Shown here in pieces: positions 1 through 7,875 of a stretch of DNA of 64,000 nucleotides. Made by a program: the position numbers and the translations under genes. Position 1 is the first letter of the stretch. Every line of letters begins with the position of its first letter. The notes under the pieces are model-generated. The model saw nothing but the letters and a program-made list of their open reading frames with translations. It made no database searches and was not told where the DNA came from. Where the stretch lies: the NCBI GenBank assembly GCA_020722725.1, contig DYKG01000003.1:45129-109128 (forward strand), given 5' to 3'. The DNA comes from Candidatus Methylomirabilis sp. GTDB lineage: Bacteria; Muiribacteriota; Ozemobacteria; Ozemobacterales; Ozemobacteraceae.

Positions 1-1786
1 GACCCATCTGAGTACCGCACCCACCTCAACGCTGCTGGCACGAATTGCTCAGACCAGCCAGGCCCCGATCAATCAACTGAAGAAAAAGGGATTGATTGTC
101 GAAGCAGAAGAACGGGTTATGCGTCAGGTGGCCGAAGACGAATATTATCATCGCCCGCCGGAGAGCATACCGGAACTCAGCAATGATCAAATAAATGTTT
201 TAAATGAGATTAAAGACTCTTATCAATCTGATCATCGACCAGTGCTGGTAAGAGGGGTGACCTGTTCAGGCAAAACCGAAGTATATCTTCGCTGGGTAGC
301 CGAAATTATCAATCAGAAAAAAACCGCTATCGTTCTGGTTCCTGAGATTTCTTTGACCCCGCAGATGATGAAAAGATTCAAAGACCGTTTCGGCACAAGA
401 GTTGCGATTCTTCACAGCCGCCTTTCGCCTGGAGAACGCTTCGATCAGTGGGAAAGCATTCGCAATGGAGACTGCCCCGTTGTTGTCGGCGCCAGATCTG
501 CTGTATTCGCACCGGTTCCCAGACTTGGCACAATTATTCTCGACGAGGAAGGCGAACCATCATTCAAGCAGGCAGATTCACCACGCTACCATGCCAGAGA
601 AGTGGCTAAGCGGCGCTGTGAGATAGAAAACGCCCTGTTGGTAATGGGTTCTGCCACTCCAACCATCGATTCTTTTTACCACTGCAAGACCGGCGAATTC
701 AGGTTAGTTGAAATGAATACCCGTATCAGCAACCGGCAACCGCCGAAAGTGAAAGTGGTCGATATGCGCTATGAGCTGGTTACCCGCAAGAACCGGTCGA
801 TTTTTTCCGGTGAGTTAAACTCGGCTATCAATTCGGCCCTGCAGAATCGTCAGCAGATCATTCTTTATCTGAACCGTCGTGGCTACAGCAGCTTCGTCTT
901 GTGCCGTGAATGCGGAGAAGCGATGGAGTGCTCAAAATGTCGGGTTTCACTGGTTTATCATGCGGGCAGTCAGATTCTGCGCTGCCATTATTGCGGAGAA
1001 ATGCAGGGTATTCCCAAAACCTGCCCCAGGTGCGGCAGTGCCACCATTAAATTTTTTGGAGCCGGCACTCAGCGAGTAGAAGCCGAGGCCCGCCGGTATT
1101 TTCCCGGAGCGCGGGTGGCGCGCCTGGATTCTGACACAGTTTCAACCAAAGGGAGCATGGAGCAGCTTCTCGACCGCTTCGGCAAGGGTGAGATCGATAT
1201 TCTTATCGGTACCCAGATGGTAGCAAAGGGGCTCGATTTTCCCAATGTTACGGTAGTAGGCATTCTTGCTGCCGATAGCCTTTTGCGAATTCCCGACTTT
1301 CGCTCTTCTGAGCGCAATTTTTCGCTGCTGGCACAGGTTTCAGGCCGTGCCGGCCGGGGTGAACACCCGGGCAACGTAATTCTGCAGACCTATTACCCAG
1401 ACCACCATTCAATACAGTATGCTCTGACTGAAGATTATCATGGGTTTTACCAGATAGAATCGGCGATGAGAAAAGAAGCGGTTTTTCCGCCTTTTACCGA
1501 ACTGGCTTCATTCATCGTTTCAGCAACCGATGTCGAAAAAGCGTTAGATACCGCACAGCGCCTTGCTCAGGCAATAAAAAGCCATCATTTGATAGACGAT
1601 ACCATGCTTTTTGGTCCGGCTCCTGCATCAATCGAACGTTTGAATGACCGCTACCGGTTTCAGCTGATGTTAAAAATGCCCGAACTCGACAAACTTACAG
1701 AGGTAGTCAGAACCGCACTGGCCGCGACAAAAAAACCGGGAGACACAAGAATCGGCGTAGATATCAACCCCTTTTTCATGCTCTAA
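1..1786 (+). CDS. priA: Primosomal protein N' (PriA replication-restart helicase), 5' end cut by the window edge
   Basis: The reading frame is open from base 2 with no stop before the TTG at 92. Helicase motif I (VTCSGKTEVY) and the DEEGE box are present. A Cys-rich zinc-binding cluster (CRECGEAMECSKC...CHYCGE...CPRCGS) and C-terminal helicase motifs (QVSGRAGRG) follow. By comparison with ~730-aa PriA, about 170 aa are missing upstream. Confidence 0.85.
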   Translation, partial: THLSTAPTSTLLARIAQTSQAPINQLKKKGLIVEAEERVMRQVAEDEYYHRPPESIPELSNDQINVLNEIKDSYQSDHRPVLVRGVTCSGKTEVYLRWVAEIINQKKTAIVLVPEISLTPQMMKRFKDRFGTRVAILHSRLSPGERFDQWESIRNGDCPVVVGARSAVFAPVPRLGTIILDEEGEPSFKQADSPRYHAREVAKRRCEIENALLVMGSATPTIDSFYHCKTGEFRLVEMNTRISNRQPPKVKVVDMRYELVTRKNRSIFSGELNSAINSALQNRQQIILYLNRRGYSSFVLCRECGEAMECSKCRVSLVYHAGSQILRCHYCGEMQGIPKTCPRCGSATIKFFGAGTQRVEAEARRYFPGARVARLDSDTVSTKGSMEQLLDRFGKGEIDILIGTQMVAKGLDFPNVTVVGILAADSLLRIPDFRSSERNFSLLAQVSGRAGRGEHPGNVILQTYYPDHHSIQYALTEDYHGFYQIESAMRKEAVFPPFTELASFIVSATDVEKALDTAQRLAQAIKSHHLIDDTMLFGPAPASIERLNDRYRFQLMLKMPELDKLTEVVRTALAATKKPGDTRIGVDINPFFML

Positions 1787-1796
1787 ATGCCCCTGG

Positions 1797-1825
1797 TTTA
1801 CAAAACTAACAGTATGTATTATCAT
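1797..1825 (+). promoter_or_regulatory. Candidate sigma70-type promoter for def-fmt (TTTACA-N17-TATCAT)
   Basis: -35 TTTACA at 1797-1802, a 17-nt spacer, then -10 TATCAT at 1820-1825. This sits about 30 nt upstream of the def start and just after the priA stop. Confidence 0.35.
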
Positions 1826-1854
1826 GAAACCATTGAATTTTGCTGGAGGGAACG

Positions 1855-2376
1855 ATGGTTTACCGAGTTTTGCATTATGGCGAAGAGCCATTAAGAAATG
1901 AATCTCAGCCGGTCGAAAAGATCGACAACGATATTCGCCGCCTGGTCGAAGATATGTTTGAAACCATGTATGCAAGCAATGGCGTTGGTCTGGCCGCCCC
2001 ACAAATCGGCAAGAACATTCGACTTGCAATCATCGACACGGGCGAAAATCCGCTGGTATTCATCAATCCAGAAATAGTTAAATCTTCCGGCAAAGAAATC
2101 TGCGATGAAGGCTGCCTTTCTTTTCCCGGTTTGAGTGAAAAGGTTCAACGCGCTACCCGCGTAGTGGCCCGGGCCACCAATCTTGAAGGCCAGAAATTTG
2201 AAATAGAAGCCGAAGGCCTGTTAGCCAGAGCCATTCAGCACGAGCTTGACCATCTTGATGGCGTTCTATTCATCGATCGTATTTCAAAAGCCCGTCGCCT
2301 GCAGATAAAGCATGACCTGGAACTGATTCAGGAAGGCCATTCACTACTTGAAGATGATGAGGAATCGGAATCATGA
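1855..2376 (+). CDS. def: Peptide deformylase
   Basis: The three PDF motifs are present: GVGLAAPQIG, EGCLSFPG and HELDHLDG. ATG 1855 is preceded by GGAGGG (1845-1850) with a 4-nt spacer. The ORF-track TTG at 1840 lies inside that RBS and was not used. Confidence 0.9.
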   Translation: MVYRVLHYGEEPLRNESQPVEKIDNDIRRLVEDMFETMYASNGVGLAAPQIGKNIRLAIIDTGENPLVFINPEIVKSSGKEICDEGCLSFPGLSEKVQRATRVVARATNLEGQKFEIEAEGLLARAIQHELDHLDGVLFIDRISKARRLQIKHDLELIQEGHSLLEDDEESES

Positions 2377-3332
2377 GTGAAAGAACCTACCGGGTTGTCT
2401 TCATGGGTTGCCCGGAGTTCGCCATTCCACCGCTGCAGGCTCTTTTAGTGGCACCAGATTTCAAGGTCGCCGCAGTTTACTGCATGCCTGACCGCCCCAA
2501 AGGCCGGGGAAAACTCTGTACTCCCACCCCGGTAAAAGAGTTTGCTCTCAAGCATGGGCTCGAGGTCAACAGCCCTGCTTCCTTTCGCAAATTTCCTGAA
2601 GAGATAGAAAAGCTGCAAAGCTACCAGCCCGATTTTCTGGTGGTAGTCGCATACGGGTTGATTTTACCCCAGGAAGTCCTTGATATTCCTGCGATTGCCC
2701 CAGTTAATGTCCATGCGTCGCTTCTTCCCGCCTACCGCGGCCCTTCACCGATCCATCACGCTCTGATCAACGGTGATCGGGTGACTGGCAACACCATCAT
2801 GCTGATGAACAGCAAAATGGATGAAGGGGACGTGCTTGCCGTCTCGAAAATTGAAATACACCCCGATGACAATCTTGAGAGCCTGCATGACAAACTGAGC
2901 CTCGATGGAGCCGGACTTTTAATACCCACGCTCAAAGGCTTTGCCGAAGGCCTAATCATACCCGTAACTCAAGACCATAGCAAAGCCTCTTACACTGGCA
3001 AAATAGGCCCGCAGACCGCCTGGCTTGATTTCAGCAGAAGCGCCGCTGCCTTATTGAACCTGATTCGCGCAATGAGCCCATTTCCGGGGGCCTGGTTCAA
3101 CGATGGTGAAGAACGAATCAAAGTTTTTAAGGCATCTGAGGGCCCACAAAATACCGGCAAACCGGGAACTGTGAAAATTGAGGATAATAAGATTCTGGTC
3201 GGCTGCGGCAATGATTCAAGCATTTATTTAAATGAACTGCAGCGGCCAGGCAAATCGCGTCTTGGTGCCGCAGAATTTCTCAGGGGCTACCAGTTTAAAA
3301 ACAACCCTATTGTCTATACAAAGACTTGTTGA
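2373..3332 (+). CDS. fmt: Methionyl-tRNA formyltransferase
   Basis: N-terminal VVFMGCPEFAIP and NVHASLLPAYRGPSPIHHALINGD are present. The gene overlaps the def stop in an ATGA junction, the classical def-fmt operon arrangement. Confidence 0.9.
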   Translation: MSERTYRVVFMGCPEFAIPPLQALLVAPDFKVAAVYCMPDRPKGRGKLCTPTPVKEFALKHGLEVNSPASFRKFPEEIEKLQSYQPDFLVVVAYGLILPQEVLDIPAIAPVNVHASLLPAYRGPSPIHHALINGDRVTGNTIMLMNSKMDEGDVLAVSKIEIHPDDNLESLHDKLSLDGAGLLIPTLKGFAEGLIIPVTQDHSKASYTGKIGPQTAWLDFSRSAAALLNLIRAMSPFPGAWFNDGEERIKVFKASEGPQNTGKPGTVKIEDNKILVGCGNDSSIYLNELQRPGKSRLGAAEFLRGYQFKNNPIVYTKTC

Positions 3333-3550
3333 AAAAATCAATTTTTTTAAACCGCTTCGACCGGCTAAGCTGGCTAGCGACCGAAAAATGCGGTAATTGA
3401 GCTTGTCGAAATGCCCGCGTTTGAAAAATAGTCAATGAGCTTTTATATAAAGGGCTTCCCAGGTAATTTTTGGGTAATGCTTGTCATCTGCTCCCAATCT
3501 GTGGTAAATAGGTTGTGAATAAATGAATGATCATTTAGAGGAGATCGATT

Positions 3551-4234
3551 TTGACGAAGAAACAAGCTCCACCACAGGCAACAATCAGAAGATTATCGGT
3601 CTATTTACGCTATTTGAGTGGCCTGGAAAATGATGGAGCAAAGGTTATTTCGTCCCAGGATCTAGCCGGATATCTCGCTCTAAACCCCGCCCAGGTGCGC
3701 AAGGATCTCGCTTATTTCGGAGAATTCGGCAAACGGGGTGTAGGCTATTCGGTAAAAAAACTGCGAGACCACATAATCAAGATTCTGGGTTTGCAGCAGG
3801 TAAGAAAAGTTGCAATAATTGGTGCGGGAGGCCGACTCGGCAGAGCTTTGGCACTTTACACCGGTTTTGAGAAGCGCAATTTTAAAGTTTCTGCCTTGTT
3901 CGACAATGACCCCAGGGTTATTGGAACCGTTCTGTCCGCTGATGCCGGCGAAATTTGCCCGATAGAAAATCTGCCGAGAATAGTCAAAGACCGCAACATT
4001 GAAATACTGATTTTAACGGTTCCGGCACAGGCGATTAAAGAGATTTACGATCTGATAATGCTTTCAGGTGTGCAGGCGGTATTGAATTTTGCTCCATTCA
4101 AGCTGATTTCCAATGAGAATGTAGTGGTAAACAATGTCGATCTTACCACCGAACTCGAATCATTGAGTTATCATCTGCGGCTTAAAGAGGCTGGCGAACC
4201 ACTTCCGACCACCGATTCAACAGAAGAAGAATAA
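3551..4234 (+). CDS. rex: Redox-sensing transcriptional repressor Rex
   Basis: Winged-helix N-terminus (RLSVYLRYL...DLAGYLALNPAQVRKDLAYFGEFGKRGVGY) plus a Rossmann-fold GAGGRLGRAL motif. TTG start with GAGGAG 8 nt upstream. Confidence 0.85.
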   Translation: MTKKQAPPQATIRRLSVYLRYLSGLENDGAKVISSQDLAGYLALNPAQVRKDLAYFGEFGKRGVGYSVKKLRDHIIKILGLQQVRKVAIIGAGGRLGRALALYTGFEKRNFKVSALFDNDPRVIGTVLSADAGEICPIENLPRIVKDRNIEILILTVPAQAIKEIYDLIMLSGVQAVLNFAPFKLISNENVVVNNVDLTTELESLSYHLRLKEAGEPLPTTDSTEEE

Positions 4235-4248
4235 GCATCAAGCCGTTC

Positions 4249-4279
4249 TTGACACAAATTCTCTGACGGTGCTATTTTT
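4249..4279 (+). promoter_or_regulatory. Weak candidate promoter ahead of the STAS gene (TTGACA ... TATTTT, 18-19 nt spacing)
   Basis: TTGACA at 4249-4254 and TATTTT at 4274-4279. The spacing is 1-2 nt longer than optimal. Confidence 0.2.
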
Positions 4280-4311
4280 ATTGACCAAGCATCTAAACCT
4301 CAGGAGTTTTC

Positions 4312-4677
4312 ATGAGTTTATCCATTCAGTCCCACCAGCATGAAAACGACACCAGTGTAATTGAAATTCACGGTGAAGTTACCTTTGAGAACTCTGATCA
4401 GTTCAAAGAAGAAATTGACCATTTGATTGAAAAAAATCAGGTTCGGCTGATTGTCAACCTGTCTGACCTTCAGTACATGAGTTCGGCCGGAATGGGTGTT
4501 CTGGTTCATGGTTTGAAAAGCAGTAGGGCAAAGGGTGGAGATCTGCGCCTGGTAAACCTTGGCCCCAAGATGCGAAGAGTTTTTCTGATTACTCAATTCA
4601 CGCATCAGTTCATGGTTTTCAACGATAATGATGAAGCAATAAAAAGCTTTAAAACAGACGAAAAGCAGGTGAGTTGA
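4312..4677 (+). CDS. Anti-sigma factor antagonist (STAS domain, SpoIIAA/RsbV-like)
   Basis: 121 aa with a STAS-domain signature including the conserved phospho-acceptor Ser context (DLQYMSSAGMGVLV). Confidence 0.8.
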   Translation: MSLSIQSHQHENDTSVIEIHGEVTFENSDQFKEEIDHLIEKNQVRLIVNLSDLQYMSSAGMGVLVHGLKSSRAKGGDLRLVNLGPKMRRVFLITQFTHQFMVFNDNDEAIKSFKTDEKQVS

Positions 4678-4834
4678 AATTCCACTTCCAGAAATCATTG
4701 CCGCAGTAAAGAAATACAACCCTGAAGCGGACTTTGACCGCATTGAAAAAGCCTACAAATTTGCCGAAGAGTGCCATAAAGACCAGTTTCGTGCATCGGG
4801 AGAGCCATATTTCCTTCATCCCGAATCGGTAGCG

Positions 4835-6880
4835 ATGATTGTTGCCGAAGAACTCAAGCTCGATTCAACTTCAATCTGCGCTGCGCTGCTTCATGACGTT
4901 ATTGAAGATACCAATGCAACTTTGGCGGACCTTCAGGAAATGTTTGGCGAAACGCTGGCGCAACTGGTCGAAGGCGTAACCAAGCTGAACAAGATGTTTT
5001 TCAGCTCAGCCACTGCGGCTCAGGCGGCCAACTTCAGAAAAATGCTGTTCGCCATGACCAACGATGTCAGAGTAATTCTGATCAAGCTTGCTGACCGCCT
5101 GCACAATATCAGAACCCTTCAGTTCCTGCCTCCGGTCAAGCAGAAATATGTAGCCCGCGAAACCCTGGAAATTTATGCCCCCCTCGCCCACCGCCTGGGT
5201 ATTAATAAGGTTAAGAGCGAACTTGAAGAGATTTCGTTCAGGTTTCTACAGCCGGAAAAAGCCCAGGAAATCAGCGATTTTCTGGCCAAAGCCGGTCTTG
5301 AGGGTGATCAGAAACTTAAAGCCGCCATGCAGCAGATTCAAAACCACCTGAAAGAGTTTCACATCAAAGCCGACGTTTCGGGGCGGCCAAAGCAGGCCTA
5401 TTCGATTTACAATAAATTGTTGAAATACAACACTGACCTTGCAGGACTCTATGATTTTCTTGGAATTCGCATCATTACTGCATCGGTCAAAGACTGCTAT
5501 GCCGCATTGGGCATGGTTCACAAATACTGGAGGCCGATTCCCGGGCGATTCAAGGATTACATTGCAGTTCCCAAGCCGAATATGTATCAATCGCTGCACA
5601 CTTCGGTAATCTTTGATGGAAGACCACTTGAGGTTCAAATCAGAACCGATGAAATGCATCGCATCGCCGAAGAAGGCATCGCTGCCCACTGGGATTACAA
5701 AGAAAGCTGCGGCAAAGACGCCACTCCTGACTATAAAGAAAAGCTTTCCTGGCTGCGCAACCTCATCGACTGGTATCAGGAAGTAAAAGACGCTTCTGAA
5801 TTCATGGAAACGGTGAAGGTTGAGCTGTTTCAGTATCATGTTTATGTTTTTACTCCCAAGGGTGAAGTAATTGAATTGCCCAACGGCAGCACACCCATCG
5901 ATTTTGCTTACGCAATTCATACTGATGTGGGTCATCGCTGCATGGGAGCCAAGGTCAACGGTCACATCGTTCCGCTTGAATACCGCCTGCAGAATGGTGA
6001 TATCGTTTCGATCATCACCAGTAAAAATCAGAAAGGCCCCAGCCGCGACTGGCTCAAGATTGTCGGTTCGGCCAGTGCCAGGCGCAAAATCAGAATCTGG
6101 CTTAAAAAAGAATTTCGCGAAGAATATATCGCCAGCGGCGAACGAGAGTTTCTTGAAACTTTCGCAAAGATGGGCGGCGACCGGGAAACAGAGAAAACTT
6201 TCAAAACAGCGGCTTTTACCGTGAAAGTTAAAGATCTTGGCTTTCCATCTCTTGAAGAGCTTTTTGCCGGCATCGGGGCTGGAGAAGTCAGGTCTCAGCA
6301 GGTTTTAGGAAAGCTTTTTCCTGACCTGGTTGTGAAATCGGTTCCCAAACCAAGCAAGCCGGCCCGTCGGGAAAAGCAGAAAAAGAGTAAAACCAAAGGT
6401 CCGCGCATCATCGTTGGTGGGCTTGAAGACACATTGATCAAGGTTTCACGCTGCTGCAATCCGATTCCCGGTGATGAAATCATGGGTTACATCACCCGTG
6501 GGCGGGGTGTAACCGTTCATAAAAAGGACTGCCCCAATACAAAAAATCTGCTGGCCGACTCGGAAAACCGCCTGATCGACGTGCACTGGGATATGGGAAT
6601 TGACGATGAGACAGAACCACACGGCGAATACCTGGCCAAAGTTCGCATCGAAACGACCGATCGCAAGGGCATGCTCAATTCAGTAACCAGCGTCATCGCC
6701 AATCAGGGGGTCAACATTCATTCGGCGACGGCCAAAACCACCAAACAGAAAACCGGCCTGCTCGATTTTTCTGTTGAAGTGCGCGACTCTAATTCTCTAG
6801 AAAGCTTGATAAGAGCCATTTCAAGGGTAATTGGCGTAACCAAAGTTTACCGTATCGACGGTCAGTCTGGTAAGAAATAA
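4835..6880 (+). CDS. rel: Bifunctional (p)ppGpp synthetase/hydrolase (RelA/SpoT family). The true start is probably near 4679.
   Basis: HD domain (HDVIEDT), synthetase core (RPIPGRFKDYIAVPKPNMYQSLHTSV), TGS and a C-terminal ACT-like region are present. N-terminal homology (AYKFAEECHKDQFRASGEPYFLHPESVA) continues for 54 codons upstream of ATG 4835, up to the stop of the STAS gene. That stretch contains no ATG/GTG/TTG. AGGTGA (4667-4672) followed by ATT 4679 is a possible non-canonical start. Confidence 0.9.
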   Translation: MIVAEELKLDSTSICAALLHDVIEDTNATLADLQEMFGETLAQLVEGVTKLNKMFFSSATAAQAANFRKMLFAMTNDVRVILIKLADRLHNIRTLQFLPPVKQKYVARETLEIYAPLAHRLGINKVKSELEEISFRFLQPEKAQEISDFLAKAGLEGDQKLKAAMQQIQNHLKEFHIKADVSGRPKQAYSIYNKLLKYNTDLAGLYDFLGIRIITASVKDCYAALGMVHKYWRPIPGRFKDYIAVPKPNMYQSLHTSVIFDGRPLEVQIRTDEMHRIAEEGIAAHWDYKESCGKDATPDYKEKLSWLRNLIDWYQEVKDASEFMETVKVELFQYHVYVFTPKGEVIELPNGSTPIDFAYAIHTDVGHRCMGAKVNGHIVPLEYRLQNGDIVSIITSKNQKGPSRDWLKIVGSASARRKIRIWLKKEFREEYIASGEREFLETFAKMGGDRETEKTFKTAAFTVKVKDLGFPSLEELFAGIGAGEVRSQQVLGKLFPDLVVKSVPKPSKPARREKQKKSKTKGPRIIVGGLEDTLIKVSRCCNPIPGDEIMGYITRGRGVTVHKKDCPNTKNLLADSENRLIDVHWDMGIDDETEPHGEYLAKVRIETTDRKGMLNSVTSVIANQGVNIHSATAKTTKQKTGLLDFSVEVRDSNSLESLIRAISRVIGVTKVYRIDGQSGKK

Positions 6881-6885
6881 CCCTG

Positions 6886-7812
6886 ATGTGTGCGGCGAGA
6901 AAGAAGACTGAAGCAGTAGAAATTGAAACAGTTGATTTAATCAGTCTTTTGACTATTCCCGGGCAGGATGGCATGTTTGAAGCTGAAATTGCGCTGCTTG
7001 AACCATGCGAAGAGATTGAAATGGAGCAGTCTGCCGTGCAGGCATCAGCTACAACTTCTTCAGCCTTTTCTTCTGGCAGACCAGACTCGTTGCATGCCAA
7101 AAAACCAGCTGAAAAAGCAAAACCGGTTGATCACAGCCTGGATACGCTAAGTGCTATAATGAAAAGGGCCCCCGCCCTGCCGGGCATAAACAGCAGATAT
7201 TCGTCTCCGCCAGGCGATGAAACGCCGATTTCTGATGATTCATTTGAGAAAATTGTTTCAGAAATTGCCCGATGTGAAAAATGTGAGCTGTGTAAAACCC
7301 GCAGATTCACCGTTCCTGGGGTCGGTAACCCCAACGCCCGGCTGGTATTCATTGGTGAAGCTCCTGGGGCAGACGAAGATGCCTGTGGCACACCCTTTGT
7401 TGGCCGCGCCGGGCAGCATCTCGACAAAATTTTGAAAGCTGCCGGGTTTGAACGCGAAAAGGTTTTTATATGTAACATTCTAAAGTGTCGGCCACCGGAG
7501 AACCGCAACCCGACCCTTGAAGAAATGCATCATTGCACACCCTTTCTCAGACGACAGCTAAACCTGATCAAGCCCTCACTGATTGCCTGTCTCGGCAACG
7601 TTGCCATCAGGTTCGTTATTGGTGCCGATACTCCAGGTGTCACAAAAATTCATGGTGAATGGTTCAATTCAATTTTCGGTCTGCCCGTCATGGCAATGTA
7701 CCACCCCTCATATCTGGTAAGAAGTGGATCAAGAGAGCGCGGCAGCCCCAACTGGCAGATGTGGCAAGACATTCAAAAGCTCAAAAAACGTTACGACGAA
7801 TCAGCGGGCTAA
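6886..7812 (+). CDS. Uracil-DNA glycosylase, family 4, with a ~125-aa acidic low-complexity N-terminal extension (or a mis-set start)
   Basis: C-terminal 180 aa match family-4 UDG: CEKCELC...[27 protein letters not shown]...[15 protein letters not shown]...HPSYLVRS...[13 protein letters not shown]. The preceding 125 aa are acidic, low complexity, with no recognisable domain. Confidence 0.75.
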   Translation: MCAARKKTEAVEIETVDLISLLTIPGQDGMFEAEIALLEPCEEIEMEQSAVQASATTSSAFSSGRPDSLHAKKPAEKAKPVDHSLDTLSAIMKRAPALPGINSRYSSPPGDETPISDDSFEKIVSEIARCEKCELCKTRRFTVPGVGNPNARLVFIGEAPGADEDACGTPFVGRAGQHLDKILKAAGFEREKVFICNILKCRPPENRNPTLEEMHHCTPFLRRQLNLIKPSLIACLGNVAIRFVIGADTPGVTKIHGEWFNSIFGLPVMAMYHPSYLVRSGSRERGSPNWQMWQDIQKLKKRYDESAG

Positions 7813-7839
7813 TTTTATGAATTGAAGCAGGCTGCACTA

Positions 7840-7868
7840 TTGAACTTTCCCCGCAATCATGCTAAGAT
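7840..7868 (+). promoter_or_regulatory. Candidate promoter TTGAAC-N17-TAAGAT ending 7 nt before ATG 7876
   Basis: -35 at 7840-7845 and -10 at 7863-7868. There is no SD before 7876, so the mRNA may be leaderless. Confidence 0.3.
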
Positions 7869-7875
7869 CGCGGTT

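Noticed and set aside
3505-3535. Possible Rex operator upstream of rex (TTGTGAAtaaatgaATGATCA)
   Set aside because: Only one half-site (TTGTGAA) matches the Rex consensus TTGTGAA-N4-TTCACAA. The second half is not complementary.
5246-5965. 239-aa ORF antisense to the rel coding region
   Set aside because: It lies entirely inside a gene with strong motifs on the other strand, has a low-complexity hydrophobic translation and no RBS. Shadow ORF.
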